Shown piece after piece: positions 38,036-48,013 of a stretch of DNA of 64,000 bases (position 1 is its first letter; each line of letters opens with the position of its first letter). The position numbers were made by a program, and so were the translations under genes. The notes under the pieces were generated by a model. The model did not search any database. It was not told the DNA's origin and was given only the letters and a program-made list of their open reading frames with translations. Source of the DNA: Chlorobiota bacterium (GTDB lineage: Bacteria > Bacteroidota > Ignavibacteria > OLB7); NCBI GenBank assembly GCA_016710285.1, contig JADJXR010000001.1, positions 2,911,942 to 2,975,941 on the forward strand, read 5' to 3'.

Positions 38036-40063
38036 ATGAAGAAAAAACAATCTTCCCCGAAACGCTCTCCCCTGAAGAAATCTTCCCGCGCCGCCACGGC
38101 TGCACCTTCGGAATCCGCCGAGCAATCTATCACCAGCGTGTTGCACGAGTCGCGGTTGTTCCCGCCGGCGGAGGGGTTCAGCAGCCAGGCAAGGGTGAAG
38201 TCGCTGCGGGAGTACAAGAAACTGGTGAAACGCGCCGAAGAAGACCCGGAAAAATTTTGGGGTGAGATTGCCAACCAACTCCACTGGCACAAACCGTGGC
38301 GGAAGCTGCTGCAATGGAAGGCCCCGTTCGCCAAGTGGTTCGTTGGTGGCAAAACGAACATGAGCCACAACTGCCTGGACCGGCATCTTGACGGCTGGCG
38401 GAAAACAAAGGCCGCGATTATCTGGGAAGGGGAGCCTGGCGAGCAGCGGACGCTGACTTACGGGCAGCTGCACCACGAGGTCCAAAAGTTCGCGAACGTT
38501 CTGCTTTCGCTTGGGGTGAAGCAGGGCGATACCGTTGGAATCTACATGGGGATGGTCCCTGAAGCCGCAATCGCCATGCTGGCTTGCACGCGGATTGGCG
38601 CGGCCCACAACGTGGTGTTCGGCGGGTTCAGTGCCGAGGCTCTTCGCGACCGCATGAACGACAGCAACGCCAAACTGATCGTCACCCAGGACGCAGCGTG
38701 GCGGCGCGGAACCGAAGTGAAATTGAAGGAGGCCGTGGACCGCGCGCTGCCGGAATGCCCAACGGTCCAGCACGTTGTGGTGCTTCGCCGCACCGGAACC
38801 CACGTGGGGATGCACGCCGGGCGGGACCATTGGTGGCATGAGATGATGCAATCCGCTTCCGCCGTTTGCCCGGCTGTTCCGCTCGATAGCGAGCACCCGC
38901 TCTACTTCCTGTACACCAGCGGCTCCACCGGAAAACCGAAAGGGATTTTCCACACGCTTGGGGGAAGCATGGTCTGGCTTCACTACACCACCCGAATGGT
39001 GTTCGACGTTCGCGACGACGACATCTACTGGTGCACCGCCGACATCGGCTGGGTGACGGGGCACAGCTACGTGGTCTATGGTCCGCTGCTGAACGGCATC
39101 ACCACGCTGATGTACGAAGGCGCGCCAAACTGGCCAGAAGCCGACCGTTTCTGGGACATCATCGAACGCCACCGGGTCACCATTTTCTACACCGCGCCAA
39201 CGGCAATCCGCGCCTTCATGCGGTGGGGGGAAGGCTTCCCGCGCAAGCATGATCTCCGCTCGCTGCGGCTGCTTGGCTCGGTTGGCGAACCGATCAACCC
39301 CGAGGCATGGATCTGGTACCAGCAAACAATCGGCGGCGGACATTGCCCGGTGGTGGACACATGGTGGCAGACCGAAACCGGGGGGATTATGATCTCGCCG
39401 CTTCCGGGCGCAACGCCAACAAAGCCGGGATCCGCCACGCTTCCGCTTCCGGGAATCAACGCCGAGGTTGTCCGCAAAGATGGCACACGCTGCAACCCCG
39501 ACGAAGGGGGATTCCTTGTGGTGAAAAGCCCGTGGCCGGCAATGCTCCGCACAATTTTTGGCGACGACGAACGCTACCGCAAAACCTACTGGAGCAACTA
39601 CAAAGGATGGTACTTCACCGGCGACGGCGCACGCCGCGACCGCGACGGATATTTCTGGATTATGGGCCGGGTGGACGACGTGGTGAACGTATCGGGCCAC
39701 CGGTTGGGAACTGCCGAAATTGAGTCGTCGCTGGTAAGCCACCGCGACGTTGCCGAGGCCGCCGTGGTTGCCCGGCCCGACGAGTTGAAGGGGAACGCCC
39801 TGGTGGCGTTCGTCACCCTGAAAAGCAGCAAAGCACCAAGCGACCAGCTGAAGGAAACGCTGCGGAATCACGTTGGGGAGGAGATTGGCCACATCGCCAA
39901 GCCGGATGAAATCCGATTTACCGACGCGCTCCCCAAAACCCGATCTGGCAAAATCATGCGCCGGTTGCTCCGCGAGATTGCCAGCACCGGAAGCGTCAGC
40001 GGCGACGTGACAACGCTGGAGGATTTCACCACCCTGGAACGCCTCCGCACGGAGGAGGAGTGA
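38036..40063 (+). CDS. acs: acetate--CoA ligase (acetyl-CoA synthetase)
   Basis: ATG at 38036. [14 protein letters not shown]-binding motif, WWQTETGG, and [14 protein letters not shown] at the C-terminus are canonical Acs. Confidence 0.95.
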   Translation: MKKKQSSPKRSPLKKSSRAATAAPSESAEQSITSVLHESRLFPPAEGFSSQARVKSLREYKKLVKRAEEDPEKFWGEIANQLHWHKPWRKLLQWKAPFAKWFVGGKTNMSHNCLDRHLDGWRKTKAAIIWEGEPGEQRTLTYGQLHHEVQKFANVLLSLGVKQGDTVGIYMGMVPEAAIAMLACTRIGAAHNVVFGGFSAEALRDRMNDSNAKLIVTQDAAWRRGTEVKLKEAVDRALPECPTVQHVVVLRRTGTHVGMHAGRDHWWHEMMQSASAVCPAVPLDSEHPLYFLYTSGSTGKPKGIFHTLGGSMVWLHYTTRMVFDVRDDDIYWCTADIGWVTGHSYVVYGPLLNGITTLMYEGAPNWPEADRFWDIIERHRVTIFYTAPTAIRAFMRWGEGFPRKHDLRSLRLLGSVGEPINPEAWIWYQQTIGGGHCPVVDTWWQTETGGIMISPLPGATPTKPGSATLPLPGINAEVVRKDGTRCNPDEGGFLVVKSPWPAMLRTIFGDDERYRKTYWSNYKGWYFTGDGARRDRDGYFWIMGRVDDVVNVSGHRLGTAEIESSLVSHRDVAEAAVVARPDELKGNALVAFVTLKSSKAPSDQLKETLRNHVGEEIGHIAKPDEIRFTDALPKTRSGKIMRRLLREIASTGSVSGDVTTLEDFTTLERLRTEEE

Positions 40064-40415
40064 GGTTGAGATTGCGGGGTAGCGGCCCCGACCTTCGTCG
40101 GGGCCGAGTCGGCGGAGCGGGGTAGCGGCAGGTCTTTAGCCTGCCGAGTCTTTTTTGAGAGATAGTCGCCGAAGGCTAAAGACCTTTTATCAATCCCGAC
40201 GAAAGTCGGGACGGCTACCGGTTGGAGGAGTGAGGTTGAGATTGCGGGGTAGCGGCTCCGACCTTCGTCGGGGCCCAGTCTTTTTTGAGAGATAGCCGCC
40301 GAAGGCTAAAGACCTTCGGCTACCGATTGGAGTCGCCAAAGGCTAAAGACCTTTTATCAATCCCGACGAAAGTCGAGACGGCTACCGGTTCGCAGGAGGA
40401 GTGAGGTTGAGATTG
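40052..40415. repeat. tandem array (period approx. 170 bp, two full units plus a partial) of family-1 modules that starts inside the last acs codons
   Basis: ggaggagtgaggttgagattg occurs at 40054, 40224 and 40395. The units contain ggggtagcggc.ccgaccttcgtcgggg, ggtctttagcc / ggctaaagacc and gagtcttttttgagagatag modules. Confidence 0.8.
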
Positions 40416-40463
40416 AAATTGAAATAGAAACTGAGAGAACACACACACCTTAAAAAAACAACC

Positions 40464-40943
40464 ATGAAATTGATCCCTTGCATCGCCCTGTTGGTATTGC
40501 TTGGAGCTTCGATTGCCGAAGCGCAGAGCCTTAAAATTGTTGGGGAAACCGTGAAGGACTCGCTGGTGCTTTCCCTGACGGAGCTTCAATCAATGCCCTC
40601 CGATTCCGTTGAGGTGGTCCATGATGGAGCCTCGCACTGGTTCCACGGCGTTCGGTTGAACGAGCTTCTGCGGCGTGCCGGGGTTCCCACCGGGCGTTCG
40701 CTGCGCGGCGATGCCATGAACCTGGTGATGCGCCTTTCAGCAGCCGATGGCTATCGCATCACCCTTTCCCTTTCCGAACTGGAACCCGACTTCACCAACC
40801 GCACGGCGATTGTGGCCTACCGGATGGGGGATGGTGCCCTTTCGGAAAAAGATGGCCCGCTCCGCCTGGTCATCTCCGGCGAAAAACGTGGCGCGCGAAT
40901 GATCCGCCAACTCACAGAAATCCGGATCGTGCGGGTGGAGTGA
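40464..40943 (+). CDS. small secreted molybdopterin-dependent-oxidoreductase-like domain protein
   Basis: 159 aa with a signal peptide (ALLVLLGASIAEA). The pattern LSLTELQSMP...HWFHGVRLNELL...SADGYRITLSLSEL...IVAYRMGDGAL..DGPLRLV resembles short Oxidored_molyb-type proteins. Confidence 0.5.
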   Translation: MKLIPCIALLVLLGASIAEAQSLKIVGETVKDSLVLSLTELQSMPSDSVEVVHDGASHWFHGVRLNELLRRAGVPTGRSLRGDAMNLVMRLSAADGYRITLSLSELEPDFTNRTAIVAYRMGDGALSEKDGPLRLVISGEKRGARMIRQLTEIRIVRVE

Positions 40944-41020
40944 ACTCCGCAAAAAGCGAATGGCCTTGCGGCCCTCCGATCTTCCTGTTCCATGTGTCTT
41001 CCAACAACCAATCTCCAACC

Positions 41021-41839
41021 ATGTCCGAACTTTCACTTGTCACCAAAAGTCAGCTTGTCCACGATTTACGGGCGATGGGCCTGCGGCCTGGGGAGCTGGT
41101 GATGCTTCATGCTTCGGTGAAATCGTTAGGGTGGGTGGTTGGCGGCCCGGAAGTGGTGCTGCAAGCCTTGTTCGACGTGCTGATGCCTGGCGGAACTTTG
41201 ATGATGGTGGCCAGCTGGGACAGCGCCGAAACCGCCTACAGCCTTAGCGAGCTTCCCGCCGAACACCGGCAAACGTACTACCAGGAACTCCCTTCCTACG
41301 ACCCCCTAACCTCCCATGCCGACTGGCGCGGGATGAGCATCCTTGCCGAGTATCTGCGGCTTTGGCCTGGGGCCTCGCGCAGTGGCCACCCGTTCTCCTA
41401 CGTGGCGGTTGGGTCGCTTGCCCAAAAGATCACCGAGAAGCAACCCCTGAACTACCGCGACGGCGTTGGCTCCCCGCTGGCCAAGCTCTGCGGATTTGGC
41501 GGGCGGGTCCTGCAGCTTGGCTCTCCGTTGGGGGATATCACCCTGCTGCACCATGCCGAGACGATGGCGCGGGTTCCGAACAAGCGGGTGGTCCGCTACT
41601 CCATGCCGCTGCTGCAACGGGGGCGGCGTATCTGGGTGGAGATTGAGGAGTTCGACACCTCGCGCGGGATTGTTGACTGGCCCGAAAATTACTTCGAGGC
41701 GATTGCCCGCGAATATCTTACCTCCGGCCGGGGGACAACCGGGAAAGTTGGCTCGGCAGCGGCGCGTCTGTACAACGCGGCGGACCTTGCCGCCTTTGGG
41801 ATTGACTGGATGGAACGGCACTTCGGGAAGGTGGAGTAA
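41021..41839 (+). CDS. aminoglycoside N(3)-acetyltransferase (AAC(3)) family protein
   Basis: ATG at 41021. LVHDLRAMGLRPGELVMLHASVKSLGWVVGGPEVVLQALFDVLMPGGTLMM is the typical Antibiotic_NAT N-terminus. Confidence 0.8.
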   Translation: MSELSLVTKSQLVHDLRAMGLRPGELVMLHASVKSLGWVVGGPEVVLQALFDVLMPGGTLMMVASWDSAETAYSLSELPAEHRQTYYQELPSYDPLTSHADWRGMSILAEYLRLWPGASRSGHPFSYVAVGSLAQKITEKQPLNYRDGVGSPLAKLCGFGGRVLQLGSPLGDITLLHHAETMARVPNKRVVRYSMPLLQRGRRIWVEIEEFDTSRGIVDWPENYFEAIAREYLTSGRGTTGKVGSAAARLYNAADLAAFGIDWMERHFGKVE

Positions 41840-41848
41840 GGTGAACCG

Positions 41849-42727
41849 ATGAACCCACCGATTGGGCAGCGGCGGCTTGAACACTGGTGGATTGGGCACT
41901 CATGGATTGAGCAATCGCCGGAGCAATTTCTTTGCAGCATCGGCACGATCGTTGCGCAATTCGACGCAGCCACGCAAGACTCTGGGAACATCTCCTACGT
42001 GGTGCAAGTTGGCGATGCGCGCTGGTTTGTGAAGACCGCAGGCGTGGCAGATGACCCAGCCCCATTGCTTCCCCACGGCCAACGGGTTGCGCTTCTTCGG
42101 AATGCGGTGCGGCTGCATCGCTCGGTGGCACATCCGGCACTTCCCAAGCTCCATCATGTGATTGAATCTTCCGCCGGGCCGTTGTTGATCTACCAGTGGT
42201 GCAGTGGCGATCTGCTTGGCGTGCCGCGTCAGTTTCGCGATGATCCTGCTTCGGCCTATCAGCGGTTCCGCAGTTTGCCAGCCGCTACAATTCTTGCCGC
42301 GCTCCATTCGCTGTTCCAGCTTCACCACGTGCTGGCCCAGTCGGGCTGGGTTGCTGTTGATCTGTACGATGGCTCACTGCTGTATAACTTCGCCACCGAA
42401 CAACTTCATGTTGTTGATCTGGACCATTATCACCCCGGCCCGTTTTGCAACCAGATGGGGAGGATGTTCGGCTCGGCGCGGTTTATGGCTCCCGAAGAAT
42501 TTCAGCGGGGAGAAATGATTGACCAGCGGACAACGCTTTTCACCCTTGCGCGAATTGCCTTGTGGATGCTTGGCGATGGAACCCTGAACCCACAAGCATT
42601 TCGCGGAACAGAGGGAATGCTTCAGGTGCTGAAACAAGCCACCGAACCAAACCCTGAGTTGAGATTCCAGACGGTGAGGAGTTTTTGGGAAGCATGGTGC
42701 AAGGCTACAGAAGAGAGAAAAGCATGA
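41849..42727 (+). CDS. protein-kinase-fold protein (eukaryotic-like kinase / phosphotransferase)
   Basis: FVKTAG (VAIK-like Lys), VAVDLYDGSLLYN (catalytic-loop analogue), VVDLDHY (DFG-like), FMAPEEF (APE motif). Confidence 0.6.
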   Translation: MNPPIGQRRLEHWWIGHSWIEQSPEQFLCSIGTIVAQFDAATQDSGNISYVVQVGDARWFVKTAGVADDPAPLLPHGQRVALLRNAVRLHRSVAHPALPKLHHVIESSAGPLLIYQWCSGDLLGVPRQFRDDPASAYQRFRSLPAATILAALHSLFQLHHVLAQSGWVAVDLYDGSLLYNFATEQLHVVDLDHYHPGPFCNQMGRMFGSARFMAPEEFQRGEMIDQRTTLFTLARIALWMLGDGTLNPQAFRGTEGMLQVLKQATEPNPELRFQTVRSFWEAWCKATEERKA

Positions 42728-42796
42728 AAGGCAATATCCACAAGACCCAATAGACTCAATCGAGGTTCGTTCCGCAACGATCTCTTCATCCGAATC

Positions 42797-43354
42797 ATGC
42801 ATCAAGCCGGCTCCATGAACGAAGAAGAAATCATCATCCGCCCATATCACCCCGATGACTCCATCGGCCAGATCACCACGTTGCTTCACGAGGCCTACGG
42901 CCAGCTTGCGCGGATGGGGTTGCGCTACTTGGCAACCCACCAGGACCAGGCCACCACGCTGGACCGTATCGCCAGCGGGGTTCGCACGTTTGTGGCCGAG
43001 CAGGGGGGCGCGATTGTTGGAACGCTGACGCTGTATGGACCCTACCCCGAATCCTCCACCCCCTGGTATCGCCAGCCGACGGTCTTCCACTTTGGGCAAT
43101 TTGCCGTGCAGCCCCGGCTTCAGCGCAACGGCATCGGGTTGCGGATGATTGAGCTGGCCGAAGCAGAGGCGCGGGCACTTGGCGCAACCGAGCTTGCGCT
43201 GGACACCGCCCAGCCGGCCGAGCATCTTTGCCAGTGGTATCAGCGGCTTGGCTTCCGGTTTATCGAGTATGCCCAGTGGGACGTTACCAACTACCGCAGC
43301 GTTATCCTTTCCAAACGGCTTGTTGGGGAAATGGATCAAGCAAGTCAAGATTGA
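42797..43354 (+). CDS. GNAT family N-acetyltransferase
   Basis: FGQFAVQPRLQRNGIGLRMIELAEAEARALGATEL is the acetyl-CoA binding motif A (Q/RxxGxG). An alternative ATG lies at 42815. Confidence 0.8.
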   Translation: MHQAGSMNEEEIIIRPYHPDDSIGQITTLLHEAYGQLARMGLRYLATHQDQATTLDRIASGVRTFVAEQGGAIVGTLTLYGPYPESSTPWYRQPTVFHFGQFAVQPRLQRNGIGLRMIELAEAEARALGATELALDTAQPAEHLCQWYQRLGFRFIEYAQWDVTNYRSVILSKRLVGEMDQASQD

Positions 43355-43575
43355 TGACGTGGCATGGCTGCAGGCTATCGCCGCTTGCGGTTTCAATCGC
43401 GAAGAACGCCTTGTTCAAAAAAAACTCAATCCCGCACGGTTGCACACGCGGCGGCACTTCTCTACTTTCGCCTTCCAAATTTTGGATGTTGTTGGTGGTT
43501 CCAAGCAACCGCATCCAGAAGTCTCCTTCAATCTTCAACATCAATCTCCAACCTCTGTTTCCCAACGGTACGCCA

Positions 43576-44877
43576 ATGATCTCACGATGTCTGCTTTGCC
43601 TTGTTCTGATTGCTGTTGTGTGTGGCGGTGCGGCGGCGCAATCGCAAAAAGGGACCTTTGCCCTTACCAATGCCCGTATCCAAACCGTGACGAATGGAGT
43701 GGTGGAGCGGGGCGTGCTGGTGATCCGCGATGGAACAATCGCCGCGCTTGGCCCCGACGTTCCGGTCCCAGCAGATGCCACCGTTATTGACTGCAGCGGC
43801 CTGACGCTGTACCCAGGAATGATTGATGGCGGAACCCAGCTTGGCCTTGTTGAAGTTGGCTCGCTTCCGGAAACCCGCGACAACAGGGAGCTTGGGCAGA
43901 TTGCCCCGCAGATGCGTGCGCTTACCGCCGTCAATCCGAACTCCGTCAGCATTCCCGTCACCCGCGTCAGTGGCGTGACAACGGTGCTGACGGTGCCGAA
44001 CGGAGGCTTGTTCCCGGGAACCGCCGCGCTGATTAACCTGAACGGATACACGCCGGAGCAGATGAGCGTTGCCGGCTGGCAGGCGGTGGCGATGAACTTC
44101 CCTTCAACCGGGCGGCGCGGCTGGTGGGATGACCGCCCCGAAGAGGAGGTGGAGAAAGAAGCCACCAAGGCCCGCGAACGATTGGACGACGTGTGGCGGA
44201 AGGCACGGCTGTACGCCGCAATTGATTCGGCACGCCGCGCCAACCCTGACCCAAAACGGTTGCCGGAATATCTTCCAGAAATGGACGCGCTCCTCCCCGC
44301 CGTCACCGGGCGCGCACCGTTGTTGATTGAGGTGAACGTGGCGCGGGACATTGATTCGGCGATTGTGTGGGCAAAGCAAAACAACGTGCGGGCAATTTTT
44401 ACCGGCGTTGAGGAAGGGTGGCGCGTGGCCGATAAGCTTGCGGCGGCAAAGATTCCCTGCATTGTTGGTCCGGTGCTAAGCATCCCCAACCGCCCCAGCG
44501 ACCGTTACGACCGTGCGTACGGGAACGCCGGATTGCTTCATGCTGCGGGGGTGAAAGTTGCCTTGCGAACCAACGAGGAAGCCAACGTCCGTAACCTGCC
44601 GTTCCAAGCCGGATATGCCGCTGCTTACGGAATGGGGCGCGAAGAAGCCTTGCGAGCGGTGACGATTACCGCAGCGGAAATTTTTGGCGTGAGCAACCAG
44701 CTTGGCTCGCTCGAGGTTGGCAAGCAAGCCACGCTGTTTGCCGCCGACGGGGACCCGTTTGAACCCGCCACCAACATCCGCCACCTGTTCATTGATGGCT
44801 ACCGGATACCGATGACCAGCAGGCACACCGATCTTCATCAAGAATTTCTGCATCGCCAGCCCGGGCTGAAGGAGTAG
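43576..44877 (+). CDS. secreted amidohydrolase family protein
   Basis: ATG at 43576 gives the signal peptide MISRCLLCLVLIAVVCGGAAAQ. The N-terminal beta-sandwich pattern (LTNARIQTVTNG...VLVIRDGTIAALG...VIDCSGLTLYPGMIDGGT) and C-terminal ADGDPF...FIDG are typical of the metal-dependent hydrolase superfamily. Confidence 0.75.
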   Translation: MISRCLLCLVLIAVVCGGAAAQSQKGTFALTNARIQTVTNGVVERGVLVIRDGTIAALGPDVPVPADATVIDCSGLTLYPGMIDGGTQLGLVEVGSLPETRDNRELGQIAPQMRALTAVNPNSVSIPVTRVSGVTTVLTVPNGGLFPGTAALINLNGYTPEQMSVAGWQAVAMNFPSTGRRGWWDDRPEEEVEKEATKARERLDDVWRKARLYAAIDSARRANPDPKRLPEYLPEMDALLPAVTGRAPLLIEVNVARDIDSAIVWAKQNNVRAIFTGVEEGWRVADKLAAAKIPCIVGPVLSIPNRPSDRYDRAYGNAGLLHAAGVKVALRTNEEANVRNLPFQAGYAAAYGMGREEALRAVTITAAEIFGVSNQLGSLEVGKQATLFAADGDPFEPATNIRHLFIDGYRIPMTSRHTDLHQEFLHRQPGLKE

Positions 44878-44887
44878 TTGGAAGGGA

Positions 44888-45526
44888 ATGCCACGTTGGG
44901 CGCGTTGGTTGCTGTTTGCGCTGCTGTTGCTGCTGGTTGTGCTGCTGCCGTTTGGGTTGTTTGGCGAAGCGGTGGAGAAGTGGGTTGGCAGGTTTATCGC
45001 CGCAACCCACCAGCAGCCGGTCGTCACGGGTTTGGTGTTGGCGTTGTTGCTGGTGTCGGATATTCTGCTGCCGGTGCCAAGCAGTGTGGTCAGCACGGCG
45101 GCGGGGTATCTGTTGGGGTTTTGGGGCGGGCTGACTGCCTCGTTTTTTGGAATGAGTTTGGGGAGCTTGTTGGGGTATTGGTTGGGGAAACGTGCGGGCC
45201 GGGGGGCCGCCGTTCGGATTGTGGGGAAGGAGGAACTTGAGCGGTTCCGGTTGCTAACGGAGCGTTGGGGGGCTTGGGGCGTTGTGGTGGCGCGGCCAAT
45301 TCCGGTGCTGGCCGAGGTCTCCGCCTTTGCTGCCGGAATAAGCGGGATGAATCCCAGCAGCTACTTGCTTCTAACGGGGCTTGCCAACCTGGGAATCTCC
45401 GCCGTCTATGCCGCAACCGGGGCGTTCGCTGCCAGCGCAGAATCGTTCCTGTGGGCGTTTGGAGCATCGGTCCTGCTGCCCGGGGTGGGGATGATGTATG
45501 TGAGAAGAGTGAGGGGGGAGAAATAG
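44888..45526 (+). CDS. DedA / VTT-domain (TVP38/TMEM64) family membrane protein
   Basis: Multi-TM, 212 aa. LLVSDILLPVPSSVVSTAAGYLLGFWGG...GYWLGKRAG is a VTT-domain signature. Confidence 0.7.
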   Translation: MPRWARWLLFALLLLLVVLLPFGLFGEAVEKWVGRFIAATHQQPVVTGLVLALLLVSDILLPVPSSVVSTAAGYLLGFWGGLTASFFGMSLGSLLGYWLGKRAGRGAAVRIVGKEELERFRLLTERWGAWGVVVARPIPVLAEVSAFAAGISGMNPSSYLLLTGLANLGISAVYAATGAFAASAESFLWAFGASVLLPGVGMMYVRRVRGEK

Positions 45527-45570
45527 AGTTTGATTGATGCCTGCGGGGATACCAACCGGAGCGCAAAAAT

Positions 45571-45608
45571 GGAAGAAGGGGGTGGCACAACTGCCACCCC
45601 CTTCTTCC
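45571..45608. terminator. bidirectional terminator between convergent genes
   Basis: Perfect 17-bp stem ggaagaagggggtggca / tgccacccccttcttcc with a 4-nt loop. aaaaat lies on the left flank, which gives a U-run for the minus-strand OmpA gene. Confidence 0.7.
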
Positions 45609-45639
45609 GTAATCTTGACGGCAAAACCACACCGCCTTG

Positions 45640-47790
45640 TTAATTCACCCCAATCCCCCGGTCCTTCGCGGTTGTGCTGGCGGTGGGGTTCACTGGCGTT
45701 TCCACGATTACCGTGACGGTCCGGCAGTAGTAGCGGCCTTCGGGCAACTCGTTGTCGTACAGAAGGTCCTTTTCCCCCCGCCCAATCGTTTCCTTCACCG
45801 GAATCCCCAACGCCTCCGCGGCAGCGTCGGCGCGGCGTTGCGAAAGGGCTTTGTTGTACGGCGGAAGCCCAATCCGGTCCGTGTGGCCAATCACCCGCAC
45901 CACCGATTGCGGCGTTATCCGATCCTGCATGATCGCCGTTGCTTGGCGGCTGAAATCTTGGATGTCCTGCTGGTCGAACCCGAACAACAGCAGGGTGTAG
46001 GTGTCAACATACTTCCCATCAATCACCTCCCGCTCCTCCTCGTATTCCTCCTCCTGAACAATCACCACCCGCTTGCTCTGCTCGCGCTCCATCACGTTGT
46101 CCATCGAGTCGCGGATGGTGAGCTTGCTGGAGATTTTCACCGTGTCGGTAAGGTTCAGCCCCGGGCGGCGTTCAACCTCGAAGTCAATCTGCTTCGGGGG
46201 CGTTCCGTAGCCGGACTTAGCATCGGTAATCACCGAATCCCCAACGGTGACATCCAAGGACCAAGCGTTCAATTCCTTGGTCGAGTCTGGCTCGCCGCCG
46301 GTGGTTGGAAGGAACCGGATCAGCCCGGCGGTTCCCAGCGTTGCGGTGTCGGGCAAGCGAACCGGGGCAAGGAGCGAAAGGTCCTTTGCGTAAATCTCCA
46401 CCCGTTGGTTTTCGCGCGCGCCCTCGGCGGTGTCAACTTCGCTGAGCGACGGGTTGGCCGGAAGCCCCCGCACCGCAAGCTCCACCCGGTTTGCGCGGAT
46501 GCGCCACGTGTTGATGATGTAATCGCGCACCGCTTCGGCACGGCGGCGGGCAAGCGTGGTGTCGGTCTCGAATTGGCTTAGGCATCCCGTCACGGTGATG
46601 GTCGCCCTGCTGTTGCGGCGCAACCGCTGGCCAATAATGTTGAGCAGTTGATGATAGACCCCGATGGTGTTGCCACGTGGCAGCCGCTCAATCTCAAAAT
46701 TTTTCACCGACTTTTTATCCAGTTGCTTGTAGCGTGCCGGTATCACCGCGCTGTCGCGTTCGAAGAAAACGTAGGGGAGCAGCGCGTGGAATTCGGTTGA
46801 TTGAATTTTCCGTTTGCTGAGGATGACGGTATCCTTCAACCCCTCCGGCGTGACGGCTCCGGCCTCGAACAACGTGTCGGGAATGGCAGCGGGGTCGGTT
46901 CCTCCTTTCTTGCTGGTGTCTGGCTTCCGTGCGATTGGCGGGGAAGGAGGGATCACCTGGTACCAATCCCCCCCGATCGCGTAGCGGAAACCAATCGTCC
47001 CGCTGAAGTTCGTCGCCTTCCACTCCTCCCCCGAACGGAGGTTGTTCGTGATGTTATCGAACACCGGGGAGTATTGGACCTCAAGGAAGAATTTGAATTG
47101 CTCCGATAACGGGATGTTGATCCCCGTCGCCACCGTCACCCCAAACACCGATTGCTGCCCGGTGATTTCGCCATCATCCAGCGTGCGGGCCGTTTGGCTG
47201 TTCAGGCGGAACTGGGCGTTGGCGGGGTCAGTGATTTTTTCGGTGTAGTTGTAGGACCCATTCAGCGGAAGAAGAATCGTTGGGCCAACCTCGAAATACA
47301 AGGGGAATCCAACCGGGCCAAAATAGAGATACGGGGTGGCGTTCAGCACCCCGTAGGAGTTCACCACGGTTCCTTCAACGTCGGCAGGGATGGTTGCGCC
47401 GGTTGGTCCTTTCACCTCCGTTTCGTTGCGGTAGTTTTTCACCAAATCCGCCCCGCGCGACTCGTATCCGGCGCGAAGTCCAAGCGCGAAAACGCGATCC
47501 AGGGGAACCTCGAACAACAGCCCGATTGCCCCCCCAATCCCGTAGCCTTCGGTGAAGATGCTGGAGGTTGGGGCGGTGCGCCGGCTGGCGGCGAAATAGT
47601 CGGGTTGGATCAGCCCGCTTTGCGTCACCCCGGCAAGGCTGCCGTACGCGCCAACGTAAAAATCGGGGACAAGCCAACGTTCCGCGCTGTCCTGCTCCGA
47701 TTGCTCTTGCGCCCATGCCGCGTGCGGCGGCAGCAGCAGCCAGCAGCAAAGGAAAAGCAATGGAGGAAACAGGAATCGGATGGCGCGCAT
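45640..47790 (-). CDS. OmpA-family outer membrane protein, paralog of 26643..28754
   Basis: ATG at 47790 (MRAIRFLFPPLLFLCCWLLLPPHAAWAQE). Same architecture as the paralog. ENQRVEIYAK in the first OmpA-like domain. C-terminus LYDNELPEGRYYCRTVTVIVE. Confidence 0.8.
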   Translation of the reverse strand: MRAIRFLFPPLLFLCCWLLLPPHAAWAQEQSEQDSAERWLVPDFYVGAYGSLAGVTQSGLIQPDYFAASRRTAPTSSIFTEGYGIGGAIGLLFEVPLDRVFALGLRAGYESRGADLVKNYRNETEVKGPTGATIPADVEGTVVNSYGVLNATPYLYFGPVGFPLYFEVGPTILLPLNGSYNYTEKITDPANAQFRLNSQTARTLDDGEITGQQSVFGVTVATGINIPLSEQFKFFLEVQYSPVFDNITNNLRSGEEWKATNFSGTIGFRYAIGGDWYQVIPPSPPIARKPDTSKKGGTDPAAIPDTLFEAGAVTPEGLKDTVILSKRKIQSTEFHALLPYVFFERDSAVIPARYKQLDKKSVKNFEIERLPRGNTIGVYHQLLNIIGQRLRRNSRATITVTGCLSQFETDTTLARRRAEAVRDYIINTWRIRANRVELAVRGLPANPSLSEVDTAEGARENQRVEIYAKDLSLLAPVRLPDTATLGTAGLIRFLPTTGGEPDSTKELNAWSLDVTVGDSVITDAKSGYGTPPKQIDFEVERRPGLNLTDTVKISSKLTIRDSMDNVMEREQSKRVVIVQEEEYEEEREVIDGKYVDTYTLLLFGFDQQDIQDFSRQATAIMQDRITPQSVVRVIGHTDRIGLPPYNKALSQRRADAAAEALGIPVKETIGRGEKDLLYDNELPEGRYYCRTVTVIVETPVNPTASTTAKDRGIGVN

Positions 47791-48013
47791 CGGATTGGCG
47801 TGGGCAACAAGGATTTGAGTTGAAAAGCGATTCAGCATCAGAACAGTACTTCTGTGAATGATTCTTGGTATCGCAACAACGGGAAGGCTTCGGCCAGAGT
47901 TAGTTCCGATCACCAGAAAACAACGCCTTAAAGATAGCACCACATCCCCGCCGAAAAAGGGGAAAGAACGTCCTGCAACGGAAATCGAAAGGGACCCAGC
48001 GGGCGACCCGCGC

